Source: a virus
Direction: 5' to 3' (one strand)
Virus record (IMG/VR): IMGVR_UViG_3300027899_000001
Span: 334,373 to 398,372 of that record
DNA length: 64,000 nt
Shown: piece by piece, positions 17,243 through 25,321 of the stretch
Layout of the letters: each line of letters opens with the position of its first letter
Position numbering within the stretch: position 1 is the stretch's first letter
The notes under the pieces: model-generated
What the model was told of the DNA's origin: nothing
The model's input: the letters and a program-made list of their open reading frames with translations, nothing else
The model's database searches: none
Made by a program: the position numbers and the translations under genes

Positions 17243-17885
17243 AATTTATAAAATCTAATAATTTTTCTATTGTAAAATATTTCAATTCATAATATGGTAT
17301 TCTATATATTCTCCATCCTTTAGATCTTAAAAAATTATCTTTTTTCATATCATGTTCAACCCTTTTTAATCCGTTAGTAAAATGAGGTTCTCCATCATAT
17401 TCAATAGCAATTTTTTGATCAACAAAAGCAAAATCTATAAAATAAGGATAAATTGGATATTCATTTATAATTGAATATTTTTCATAAAAACTATTATCTT
17501 TAAGCATTTTATTTATTATGCTTTCTCCTTTACTCATCAATCTTTTATGTCTATTTGTAAAAGTTGAAATATTATTTTCATCAGATAAATAGTCAAAACG
17601 TTTTTGTCTTAAAATTTCTTTAGATTGTTCGTTATGATGTTTATCCTTGAATGCGTTAGTTATGTTTCCTTCTTTATAATTTTGTTTTAATGTGTTTGAT
17701 TGTTGTAAAATAGACGCATTATTATGTTTTGTTTTTCCTTTTGCCCAGTGTATTTTTTCACCAGTTTTCAATGTTTTTCCCGTATCATGTGCTTTACCTT
17801 CTTCTGTATGAGTCCTCCAAATATGGCCTTTAATTCCATATTTATTATATTCTTTTTCGCAATAAGGACATTTCATACAATACAT
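17229..17885 (-). CDS. zinc-finger plus DUF559/Vsr-like (PD-(D/E)XK) endonuclease, homing-endonuclease-like
   Basis: N-terminal CPYCEKEY...HIWRTH finger; C-terminus IDFAFVDQKIAIEYDGEPHF...FLRSKGWRIYRIP is typical of DUF559; flanked by tRNA genes. Confidence 0.6.
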   Translation of the reverse strand: MYCMKCPYCEKEYNKYGIKGHIWRTHTEEGKAHDTGKTLKTGEKIHWAKGKTKHNNASILQQSNTLKQNYKEGNITNAFKDKHHNEQSKEILRQKRFDYLSDENNISTFTNRHKRLMSKGESIINKMLKDNSFYEKYSIINEYPIYPYFIDFAFVDQKIAIEYDGEPHFTNGLKRVEHDMKKDNFLRSKGWRIYRIPYYELKYFTIEKLLDFINCPVV

Positions 17886-17891
17886 TTAATT

Positions 17892-17969
17892 TGGTAGCGG
17901 GGAAGGGAATCGAACCCCTGTAGTACGGGTTATGAGCCCGAGCTGGAACCGTCTCCAGTCCACCCCGCG
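17892..17969 (-). tRNA. initiator tRNA-fMet(CAU), with CCA encoded
   Basis: CGCGGGG...TCGGG-CTCATAA-CCCGT carries the three G-C pairs in the anticodon stem; C1 is unpaired opposite U72; 3' end reads ...CCCCGCTACCA. It resembles E. coli tRNA-fMet. Confidence 0.65.
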
Positions 17970-17975
17970 ATATTT

Positions 17976-18182
17976 CTAAAAAGTTTTAATGTCTAGAGGA
18001 TTGCTTAAATCAAGATGATCCTCTTTAACAATATAAGTTCTTCCAATCGATTTTTGTGAAAAATAACTCTCAAGTAATTCTCCTAATCTAAGATTTGTGT
18101 ATTGATTTGGATTACTTTCTTTAGATAAAAGAATTTTCACTGCATCTGATCTGTGAATTTCAAAAAAAGTATTTTCTGACAT
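17976..18182 (-). CDS. hypothetical protein
   Basis: 68 aa ORF. Confidence 0.35.
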   Translation of the reverse strand: MSENTFFEIHRSDAVKILLSKESNPNQYTNLRLGELLESYFSQKSIGRTYIVKEDHLDLSNPLDIKTF

Positions 18183-18231
18183 ATTTTTAAGTATTTATAT
18201 TTTATATATCAAAAATTCTAAAAGTTTTGAG

Positions 18232-18519
18232 TTAATTATAGGTAACATTTATCGATTTCATAACCAATTTAGCAAGTTTTTTAGGCTTTTGTTTAGGATA
18301 ACGTAAATACCATTGCGCACCATTTCTTCCATGAAATGAACCATAAATTCCATAAAACATTACTTCTTTTATATAACGATTCATTGAATTATAGGTATAA
18401 TCGCCGATAACTTTAGTTAAAGGAAATATTTTTCCTTTACGTTTTTCTGATTTCCAAATCTTAAGAATTTTCTTAATTTTTGTTTTTACTTGCTCCTGTG
18501 TATATGTTTTATGTCTCAT
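18232..18519 (-). CDS. hypothetical basic protein
   Basis: 95 aa, lysine-rich. Confidence 0.4.
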   Translation of the reverse strand: MRHKTYTQEQVKTKIKKILKIWKSEKRKGKIFPLTKVIGDYTYNSMNRYIKEVMFYGIYGSFHGRNGAQWYLRYPKQKPKKLAKLVMKSINVTYN

Positions 18520-18529
18520 GATTTTATAA

Positions 18530-18937
18530 TTATTTTCTATCGCCTTTTAATTTCTGATCTATATCTAAAGGATTTCCAGTATCATGTTGCATACCTTTAC
18601 CTTGATAAATTGAAAATTCTGCATCTTCACATTGACTAACATAACTCATCCAATATCCCCAGTCTGAATATGCATCTGTTTCCCATATTTCAATATCTCC
18701 TGCATGAACAGTATAAGTTGTATGCATTCCAATTCCAAGTGTACGTTCACCAAGAAAGTCTTCTACTCTATAGTCATAAACATCTACAATTATAGCTCCT
18801 GGAAAATCATTGTAAATAGTAATTGTACCTGTATGATTTTCTTCACATGGTTCTTTATCTCCACAAGAAAAAATTCCAATAATAGCAATCATAAATAATG
18901 ATGCTATAAATAATTTAAAAAAGTTTGATCGTTTCAT
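18530..18937 (-). CDS. putative lipoprotein
   Basis: Signal peptide plus lipobox (IIGIFSCG). Confidence 0.5.
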   Translation of the reverse strand: MKRSNFFKLFIASLFMIAIIGIFSCGDKEPCEENHTGTITIYNDFPGAIIVDVYDYRVEDFLGERTLGIGMHTTYTVHAGDIEIWETDAYSDWGYWMSYVSQCEDAEFSIYQGKGMQHDTGNPLDIDQKLKGDRK

Positions 18938-18956
18938 TTGTTATCATATTTAATTA

Positions 18957-19457
18957 TTAATAATTTTTGAATAAAGGAATTCCTAATGTTAATTCACCTG
19001 TCCATACTCCAGTATATTCATTCCATCCATATCCTATTCCTGCTTTAAAATATACTCTATTACCGTTATATTTTGAACCTACCATAACTATAGTTACTGG
19101 CTCTGTTCCTCCATAACCATAACTATCTTCATATTGATAACCATCAGATGCTACACCCACTGATAAATAAAAAGTATAAATATCAGTTGGAGGTCCACTA
19201 TATAAAGAAGCAGCAAATCCAAAAGAATTTATATTTTCTCCAGTCATAGGCATTGTAGTTGGCATCCAACCTCCTGTTAGTCCAAATAATCCTGATTGAA
19301 AGTCTGCGCCAACCACTCCATCAAGCCAAGAATATCCTCCGTGAATACTTAAAGCATATGGTGTATGAGTTGTTAAATCATTTGTTTGTTGCGCATTTAA
19401 TGTTGATGAAATGAATACAGACATCATCAAGCAAAAAACAAAAAGAAATTTTTTCAT
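18957..19457 (-). CDS. putative outer-membrane beta-barrel protein
   Basis: Signal peptide MKKFLFVFCLMMSVFISSTLNA, Gly/Tyr-rich alternating pattern, C-terminal aromatic residue (..LFKNY). Confidence 0.5.
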   Translation of the reverse strand: MKKFLFVFCLMMSVFISSTLNAQQTNDLTTHTPYALSIHGGYSWLDGVVGADFQSGLFGLTGGWMPTTMPMTGENINSFGFAASLYSGPPTDIYTFYLSVGVASDGYQYEDSYGYGGTEPVTIVMVGSKYNGNRVYFKAGIGYGWNEYTGVWTGELTLGIPLFKNY

Positions 19458-19554
19458 GTGTATAAATGTTTAGTTAATAAAAAATTTATATTTATATATA
19501 TGTTAAAAGTTTTATATTTTGATGTAAACAAAATGATATTTGATGTAAAATTTG

Positions 19555-19627
19555 TCCCTCTAGAGAGATTCGAACTCTCGACACGCGGGATTAGAAGCCG
19601 CTGGTCTGACCACTGACCTATAGAGGG
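19555..19627 (-). tRNA. tRNA with apparent CUA (amber-suppressor) anticodon; the alternative reading is Arg(UCU)
   Basis: The 73-nt canonical parse gives acceptor CCCTCTA/TAGAGGG, D-arm GGTC-AGTGGTCA-GACC, anticodon stem GCGGC/CCCGC (4 of 5 bp) with loop TTCTAAT, T-arm GAGAG-TTCGAAT-CTCTC. Reading the loop as CTTCTAA (UCU) requires dropping nt 26 and leaves a poor stem. Confidence 0.5.
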
Positions 19628-19655
19628 TAAAAGAGGGCATTTAACCCTCATTGTT

Positions 19656-19982
19656 TTATTCTTTTTTTGTATGAAATTCTATACATTTATTTATTGCGTT
19701 TGGATATTGATTAAGAGGGTGATTTTCTTCAGGGTAATGATTTTCAATCTGTGAGAATTTTTTTCCTCTCATTAATCCATATGCTGCATATTTAATTCTT
19801 AATTCTAATCCGCCTACGTAAGATTTCCATGCGGCGTCTTTAGGTTCTATAATTCTTTCACCTTTTAAATGAACAGTCTTTCTTTGATTTTTCATAGCTC
19901 TTTGTAATGCTGCGCTTTGTTTAATATCTTTTTTTAAAGATTCGATTGCGACTTTATCGATTGTTTTTTCTATTGTTTCCAT
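19656..19982 (-). CDS. hypothetical protein
   Basis: 108 aa ORF. Confidence 0.4.
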   Translation of the reverse strand: METIEKTIDKVAIESLKKDIKQSAALQRAMKNQRKTVHLKGERIIEPKDAAWKSYVGGLELRIKYAAYGLMRGKKFSQIENHYPEENHPLNQYPNAINKCIEFHTKKE

Positions 19983-20111
19983 AATGATTATTTTATTTTA
20001 GTTATTAAATTAATTGATCAAGGACATAATGTCTTTGAGATTGTCTTCGATAACCTAATCATTAGGGAGATCTAATCTAGTGTGTCATAGTTTTAAGTTT
20101 TAATTTAGTTT

Positions 20112-20150
20112 AAATCTAATAAAAATTTTTGATATAATTTTATTGTATAT
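20112..20150 (-). promoter_or_regulatory. degenerate copy of the promoter-like motif
   Basis: taaatctaataaaaatttttgatataatttt. Confidence 0.3.
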
Positions 20151-20151
20151 A

Positions 20152-20502
20152 TTAAAGTTTTGTTAATGTTTCTTCTTTTAAAGCTAATGGTAAATTGGAT
20201 GTTAATTTATGAGATCTTTCTCCAGGTTCAATAGCGATCGCAGTTAATTGATTTCCAATATCTGGTTCAAGAAACGTTGTATACTTTAAATCGTAAAATT
20301 TAATTTTTTCTAAAAGGTGTTTAAGTTGTTGTTCATTTTCAACAGATAAGAATATCAAATACTTAGAATTAGTATTCCATTCCTTTGCGATTTCTGGATG
20401 TTCATGTTGAAATTCAATTGCAGCATGTGCGGCTTGAACTGCCTGATAACCCGGAGTTAAATCTCTACGGGTAATAACAATTAATTTGTGTATCTATTTC
20501 AT
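20152..20502 (-). CDS. peptidyl-tRNA hydrolase PTH2 family; the only ATG is followed by an in-frame TAG at codon 3
   Basis: ATG AAA TAG ATA CAC AAA.. reads M K * I H K L I V I T R R D L T P G Y Q A V Q A A H A A I E F Q H E H P E I A K E W N..; this matches PTH2 in pattern (hVVRxDLxMGKGKxAAQxSHAA, PExLKxW, ..AIxxGP). The track shows only the C-terminal 68 aa starting at an internal Met. Confidence 0.6.
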
Positions 20503-20705
20503 TTTATTTACTATTTTTTTTATAACTTACATAAAGTATAAGTAATACTACTATTGATATAATTATGATAATTGTTCCCATATTTTATTATATATTTAAA
20601 TTGAAAAAAGTTTCATAATTAATATAACTAACATAATTCCTATCATACTCCAAAAAACTACTTTATAGGAATAAGATTTGTCTCTATTGTAATAATCTTC
20701 ACTTT

Positions 20706-21023
20706 TCATTTGTATTCTTCTCCAGATATATCTACTAGTGCTTTAGGAATAAAAATTTCATCTTGTCCTTCATACCATTCATTTGGCCAATTATCAATAT
20801 CTAATATTGGTCTTTTAAATGCTTTTTTAATTTCTTTTCTAACCCATTTTAAATCTTTAATAGAAGTATGTTCAACCATTAAACTCTTATCTGAATAACT
20901 TGTTGGAACATCGTTTTTATCATAATAAACTTCTGATATGGAAAAATATCTTTCTTTTCCTTTTGCATATCTTCCAGTTATTACTCTAAAATTCCAATGA
21001 TGTTGAGGTTTATATTTTTTCAT
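20706..21023 (-). CDS. hypothetical protein
   Basis: 105 aa ORF. Confidence 0.4.
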   Translation of the reverse strand: MKKYKPQHHWNFRVITGRYAKGKERYFSISEVYYDKNDVPTSYSDKSLMVEHTSIKDLKWVRKEIKKAFKRPILDIDNWPNEWYEGQDEIFIPKALVDISGEEYK

Positions 21024-21047
21024 GATGTTGAGGTTTATATTTTTTCA

Positions 21048-21266
21048 TTAAAAATCATCTTCTAAATAATATACAAAATCATAAATATCTGCTACCATAG
21101 TTTCTTGTAAACATACATCGCAAGTATCTTCCCAAAATGATGCTACACCTGCTAAAGTTTTGCCTTGTTTTTTAGCGCACTTTTCGCAAATTTGGACAAT
21201 CATTTTTCTATCATTCTTTGACATCTTCTTCCTTTTTGACATCTTCTTCTTTTTTAGTATTTTCAA
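21048..21266 (-). CDS. small putative zinc-binding protein
   Basis: CEKC..C..C cysteine pairs; basic N-terminus. Confidence 0.35.
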   Translation of the reverse strand: MKILKKKKMSKRKKMSKNDRKMIVQICEKCAKKQGKTLAGVASFWEDTCDVCLQETMVADIYDFVYYLEDDF

Positions 21267-21495
21267 TTATTTTTGGTCCTCTTCCTGTCATAACACCAAG
21301 AACTATTACCGCAACGATATCTAAAAATACTGTTAATCCTTGTACATCATTAATTGTACCTCCGGCAGATCCTACACTAAGTCCAATTAAAAAACCCACA
21401 AATAATGCAGCGCCTAAAGGAATTAAAGCATACCATCTCCAACCTTTACGCCAAGCTAAAATAGTTAGAACTATTTGAAGAATAAATAAAATCAT
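21211..21495 (-). CDS. membrane protein
   Basis: Three predicted TM helices and a KEEDVKKEEDVKE C-terminal tail. Confidence 0.4.
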   Translation of the reverse strand: MILFILQIVLTILAWRKGWRWYALIPLGAALFVGFLIGLSVGSAGGTINDVQGLTVFLDIVAVIVLGVMTGRGPKIIENTKKEEDVKKEEDVKE

Positions 21496-21528
21496 AATTT
21501 TATTTTATTAAATGAATACTAAAAATTG

Positions 21529-21610
21529 TGGCCAAAAAGGGACTCGAACCCTTACGTCTTTCAACACATGCTTTTGAGGCATACGCGTCTACCAATTTCG
21601 CCATCTGGCC
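21529..21610 (-). tRNA. tRNA-Leu(CAA), class II
   Basis: Acceptor GGCCAGA/TTTGGCC, D-arm GCGAAATTGGTAGACGC, anticodon stem TATGC/GCATG with loop CTCAAAA, long variable arm, T-arm AAGGG-TTCGAGT-CCCTT. Confidence 0.6.
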
Positions 21611-21909
21611 AGGCTAGCCTCCGCCGATCTTTCATCAGTTTCTTTTGTTAAACCTTTTCTCCAATTTCTTTTTCCTACAAATCCGTCTATAGCTGGTTTT
21701 CCTTCTCTATGAATTAAACAGTGTAAAAAATGTGAATTTAAACTTTGATGATTATTGAATTCTTTTTCACATTCGCATCTATATAAATTTTCATTAATTT
21801 TATATTTTGATGGTTGTTTTTCTTTTTTAACATAGATTTTACAAAAAGTTTTATGCCCATTTATTCCTTGAGAACTTTCAAATTCTCTTCCACATTCACA
21901 CTTATACAT
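21589..21909 (-). CDS. C2H2-type zinc-finger protein; overlaps the tRNA-Leu(CAA) call by about 22 nt
   Basis: CECGREFESSQGINGHKTFC and CECEKEFNNHQSLNSHFLHC. Its 3' end at 21589 overlaps the tRNA at 21529-21610; either the ORF end or the tRNA boundary may be wrong. Confidence 0.45.
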   Translation of the reverse strand: MYKCECGREFESSQGINGHKTFCKIYVKKEKQPSKYKINENLYRCECEKEFNNHQSLNSHFLHCLIHREGKPAIDGFVGKRNWRKGLTKETDERSAEASLARWRNW

Positions 21910-21962
21910 TTTTAATTTATATATTCATAAACAAATTTGGGAGAGTCAATGATTATTCTATG

Positions 21963-22050
21963 TGCTCTTGAAGGGGATCGAACCCTCAATCCTTTTTAAG
22001 GCATTAATTTTTGAGACTAACGTGTATTTCCTATTTTCCACCACAAGAGC
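21963..22050 (-). tRNA. class II tRNA, anticodon probably CAA (Leu); 88 nt
   Basis: Acceptor GCTCTTG/CAAGAGC, anticodon stem TTAGT/ATTAA with loop CTCAAAA, variable arm CCTTaaaAAGG, T-arm GAGGG-TTCGATC-CCCTT. Confidence 0.5.
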
Positions 22051-22065
22051 AAAATTTATTTTTTG

Positions 22066-22139
22066 TACTGCGTGCGGAGCTCGAATCCGCGAATTCAGGA
22101 TTGAAAGTCCTGTGTGTTAACCAACTTCACCAACGCAGC
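22066..22139 (-). tRNA. tRNA-Glu(UUC)
   Basis: Acceptor GCTGCGT/ACGCAGT, anticodon stem CAGGA/TCCTG with loop CTTTCAA, T-arm GCGGA-TTCGAGC-TCCGC. Confidence 0.55.
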
Positions 22140-22416
22140 ATATTTAATTTCAGAAATTCTGAGAATCGAGAATCACCGTGAAACTTTTGTCTATCACAAG
22201 GATGCCAACCCACCCTTCAACTGTTTTAACGCCGAGTTGGGGTCGCTTTATCAGTTGCATTTAATAACTTAAAAAAATCGTTACAAGGAATCAAACCCTG
22301 TTATTTCTTCGCTGAGTCCATACTATAGCTAGGATTATTCATTTACTTCATAGATTTCACTACCTCTTGGTTTTTAAGCGAATCGAGGATAACGATTTTT
22401 TATTTTTTCAAAGAAC

Positions 22417-22647
22417 TTATAATAATCTTTTATCTTTTTTATATTTTTTAAATTCTACGTCTGTATCTATTGTTGTATCTAATTTATCTTTGTATTCTTT
22501 CATTAACCATTTTGCAAATCCCAATTTTAATTTAGTAGTTTCAAGATCATCAATAGTAAATAACATATTATATTGTATTGAATAATCTGCTCTATCTATT
22601 AAACTATCCAATTGATCTGTTATAACTTTTGATACTGATCCTGTCAT
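22417..22647 (-). CDS. hypothetical protein
   Basis: 76 aa ORF. Confidence 0.4.
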   Translation of the reverse strand: MTGSVSKVITDQLDSLIDRADYSIQYNMLFTIDDLETTKLKLGFAKWLMKEYKDKLDTTIDTDVEFKKYKKDKRLL

Positions 22648-22656
22648 ATTATATTT

Positions 22657-22857
22657 TTATCTATTTAAAAATTTATTCCAAATTTCATCTGCATCAATTT
22701 CTTTATTTAAATTTCCTTTAAGCTCTAAAATAAGAAATTTTACGAAATTAATATCTTTATTCATAATAGCCACATCTTTTGTATTCATTGATAATACTTC
22801 TTGAACATCAGATAAATGACTCATTGCTATTAAAGACGCTGTTGTTTTCATTATCAT
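22657..22857 (-). CDS. hypothetical protein
   Basis: 66 aa ORF; a promoter motif lies 16 nt upstream. Confidence 0.4.
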   Translation of the reverse strand: MIMKTTASLIAMSHLSDVQEVLSMNTKDVAIMNKDINFVKFLILELKGNLNKEIDADEIWNKFLNR

Positions 22858-22865
22858 TTTTTATT

Positions 22866-22910
22866 TTATAGTGTAAATATAATAAAAAGATTTGACAGAA
22901 AAAAATATTT
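22866..22910 (-). promoter_or_regulatory. conserved promoter-like motif, copy 6
   Basis: tagtgtaaatataataaaaagatttgacagaaaaaaatattt. Confidence 0.5.
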
Positions 22911-22916
22911 AAGCAA

Positions 22917-23222
22917 CTATTTTTCAGTTTCTACAAAATTTTCATCTATAAAATTTGATAACTTTTTTGCTTCTGTTGGAGTTAATAAAATTTCATCTAA
23001 ATGCATTTTACCTGTTTTCATATAGTGCCACATTACTTTCAATTTATCCCAAAATCTCGGTTTTTCTGAATAATTTCCATAACTAAACATTGCTAAAGTA
23101 AATTCTTGTCTTACTCTAGTTGTTTTAGATATCGTATCGTCAAAGTATTCTGTTTCACTTTGTACTACTAATAAATGTGCTCCACATTCACATTCAATTA
23201 TGGTTTTCTTTGTTTCTTCCAT
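22917..23222 (-). CDS. hypothetical protein
   Basis: 101 aa ORF. Confidence 0.4.
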   Translation of the reverse strand: MEETKKTIIECECGAHLLVVQSETEYFDDTISKTTRVRQEFTLAMFSYGNYSEKPRFWDKLKVMWHYMKTGKMHLDEILLTPTEAKKLSNFIDENFVETEK

Positions 23223-23533
23223 TATTGTTCTATTTTATATAAATTATTATTAAATTCAAAATGATCTCCACAACAATTCTGAGATCCATCATCGTTTTCT
23301 AGTTCGCAAAATTGTTGTGTAGAACTTATAAACTTATGAATACAATAATCACATTTAAATTCATGATTTTTAAAATCTACACAGTATTTTGAACATAAAT
23401 GTTTATCATGTTCATATATGCAAGTCGTACAGTTTTTAGCAATAGTAATCATAATTTTAAATATTTGTGCCGCCGGAGGGACTCGAACCCCCAAGCCTTT
23501 CGGGTCTGATCTACAGTCAGGTGAGCCAACCAA
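23222..23533 (-). CDS. cysteine-rich hypothetical protein; overlaps the tRNA-Tyr call by about 66 nt
   Basis: Several CxxC pairs (CTTCIYEHDKHLC..CDYC). Its 5' end (23533) overlaps the tRNA at 23467-23548; either the ORF start or the tRNA boundary may be wrong. Confidence 0.35.
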   Translation of the reverse strand: MVGSPDCRSDPKGLGVRVPPAAQIFKIMITIAKNCTTCIYEHDKHLCSKYCVDFKNHEFKCDYCIHKFISSTQQFCELENDDGSQNCCGDHFEFNNNLYKIEQ

Positions 23534-23548
23534 TTGCTCAACGTCGGC
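23467..23548 (-). tRNA. tRNA-Tyr(GUA), class II
   Basis: Acceptor GCCGACG/CGGCGGC, D-arm GAGC-AATTGGTTG-GCTC, anticodon loop CTGTAGA, variable arm CCCGAAAGGCTT, T-arm GGGGG-TTCGAGT-CCCTC. Confidence 0.55.
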
Positions 23549-23588
23549 GTTTGGCTGTCTTTCCAGCCTGTCATTATCAATTCGTGAA

Positions 23589-23780
23589 TTATATTAATTT
23601 AACATTAATTGCATTCAATCCTTTTGGTCCTTCTTTTAAATCGAATTCGACTTTGTCGTTTTCGTTAATAGTATCTACACATCCTGTTACGTGTACAAAA
23701 TACTCTTTAGAATCTCTGTTGTCTTTGATAAATCCAAATCCTTTAACTGAGTTAAAAAATTTTACTGTTCCTTCATTCAT
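23589..23780 (-). CDS. cold-shock protein (CspA family)
   Basis: GTVKFFNSVKGFGFI RNP motif. Confidence 0.75.
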   Translation of the reverse strand: MNEGTVKFFNSVKGFGFIKDNRDSKEYFVHVTGCVDTINENDKVEFDLKEGPKGLNAINVKLI

Positions 23781-23828
23781 ATTATTAATTTATTTTAATT
23801 AGCATAGACACTATGTCTATGTTTACTT

Positions 23829-24194
23829 TTAACCATGTTCCATTTGTGAGTCATATTCAATTGCTTCAATAACTGAAACTGTTATATCTTTTATATCATC
23901 TATTTCTTTTATTTCCTTTTCCCAAAAGTGATTTGATATAAGTCTAGAATCTAATTCTTCATAGTTTACAATTTCTGTATATCCTGCTCCATAACCACTT
24001 CTTTTATTATATTCTGCTCTTTGGCTTATCCAATCATTTAGGGCGTCAATAAACATATCTCTTTTCATTTTTATTAAACAAAATTTATCGTCAGAATAAT
24101 ATCCATAATTACCTGGTAGCCATACATAATCTTCATCTGCTAAAACTATTGTTAAACCATCAAAATTAAATGTTACTAATTCTTTTTCTTTCAT
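23829..24194 (-). CDS. hypothetical protein
   Basis: 121 aa ORF. Confidence 0.4.
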   Translation of the reverse strand: MKEKELVTFNFDGLTIVLADEDYVWLPGNYGYYSDDKFCLIKMKRDMFIDALNDWISQRAEYNKRSGYGAGYTEIVNYEELDSRLISNHFWEKEIKEIDDIKDITVSVIEAIEYDSQMEHG

Positions 24195-24994
24195 GATATT
24201 AATTTTTTAAATTCTTCTATTTGTTTATATAATTTTTCTTTATTAATTTCATTTATAGGGTTAACCCATTTTATTCTAATAACTTTCCACTCATGCTGTA
24301 ATAAAAAATCATCTTTTATTTTATCTTTTTCTTTTCGTTCTTCATGTTGTTTTCCATCTATTTCTAAAGCTATTTTTTTATCTACAAATGCAAAATCAAT
24401 CCACCATCTATTAACTTTATAGTCTCTATGCCATCCAGTTATATTTTCATTTTCAAATAAAGATATAAAGTATTTTTCAGGATATGATGGCGCATTATCT
24501 TTTCTAGATTTCCATCCTATAAAAGTTCCGTTTGCAATTCTTTCGTGTGCTTTATCAGAAATCTTTTTCTTAGCAGATTCACTACAACCATGGTGTTTTC
24601 TTGCACATTCTCTAGAACAATATATTCGCCTTTTATATCTTGTTTTATATTCTTTTTTACATTCAGGACATATTTTTTGAATATATTCTAATGATAATAT
24701 ATCAGTTTCATGCTGTTTATACCTTAGAGTTTTTCCTATTTTTTCTTTAGTTTCTTTACTTAATATACGTTTTTTATTGTTGAAAGAATTTGAACAGCTT
24801 TTAGAACAAAAAGTACTATAGCGATGTTTATAATCAAAACCAACATTACAATTTTTACATTTTTTAGGAGCTTTATTATATTCAGCTATTCTTTTTTGTT
24901 TTAATAATGATAGTTTTTCTCTTCCTTTTTTAAATGCATTTCTTGCATTTTCTTGATGTTTTAATGAACCTTGATAATTTTTATCTTTAGACAT
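24191..24994 (-). CDS. zinc-finger plus DUF559/Vsr-like endonuclease (paralog of 17229..17885)
   Basis: Multiple CxxC fingers; C-terminus WIDFAFVDKKIALEIDGKQHEE...EWKVIRIKW. Confidence 0.6.
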   Translation of the reverse strand: MSKDKNYQGSLKHQENARNAFKKGREKLSLLKQKRIAEYNKAPKKCKNCNVGFDYKHRYSTFCSKSCSNSFNNKKRILSKETKEKIGKTLRYKQHETDILSLEYIQKICPECKKEYKTRYKRRIYCSRECARKHHGCSESAKKKISDKAHERIANGTFIGWKSRKDNAPSYPEKYFISLFENENITGWHRDYKVNRWWIDFAFVDKKIALEIDGKQHEERKEKDKIKDDFLLQHEWKVIRIKWVNPINEINKEKLYKQIEEFKKLIS

Positions 24995-25054
24995 ATTGTT
25001 TTTATATTATATATCTAAAAATTAGTCGAGTTTTAATTATTCGAACAAAAAATG

Positions 25055-25134
25055 TAGGGTGAACGGGATTCGAACCCGCGTAAAAACTCCTGATCCCAAA
25101 TCAGGCGAGATAAACCTGGCTCCTCTACCACCCT
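25055..25134 (-). tRNA. tRNA-Pro(UGG) candidate
   Basis: Acceptor AGGGTGG/TCACCCT, anticodon stem CCTGA/TCAGG with loop TTTGGGA, T-arm GCGGG-TTCGAAT-CCCGT. Confidence 0.5.
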
Positions 25135-25142
25135 ATTTATTG

Positions 25143-25226
25143 TGCTCTCTGTCGGACTCGAACCGACATCCATTTAAGGACAGCTTCTTAGGCTGATGCG
25201 TCTTATTCCAGTTGCGCCAAGAGAGC
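25143..25226 (-). tRNA. class II tRNA-Leu paralog with an altered anticodon loop (CTAAGAA, apparent AAG)
   Basis: Its acceptor, D-arm and T-arm are nearly identical to the tRNA-Leu(UAG) at 25322-25405, but the anticodon arm differs (ATCAGCCTAAGAAGCTGT). Confidence 0.5.
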
Positions 25227-25232
25227 ATTTTG

Positions 25233-25317
25233 TGCCTCTGAAGGGAGTCGAACCCTCATGGTCTTTCGACCCACGGATTTTAAGTCCGTTGCGTACTACC
25301 AATTTCGCCACAGAGGC
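25233..25317 (-). tRNA. tRNA-Leu(UAA), class II
   Basis: Acceptor GCCTCTG/CAGAGGC, anticodon stem ACGGA/TCCGT with loop CTTAAAA, long variable arm. Confidence 0.65.
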
Positions 25318-25321
25318 ATTG

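Noticed and set aside
20060-20100. Another ATG-x-x-TAG (ATG ACA CAC TAG) in the 20.0-20.1 kb intergenic region
   Set aside because: The frame closes again after 5 codons (TAA) and no domain follows. It shows that ATG..TAG alone is not evidence; only the two cases followed by long conserved in-frame domains were kept.
23467-23802. Plus-strand ORF 23467..23802 (111 aa)
   Set aside because: It overlaps tRNA-Tyr and runs antisense to the cold-shock protein gene. No support.
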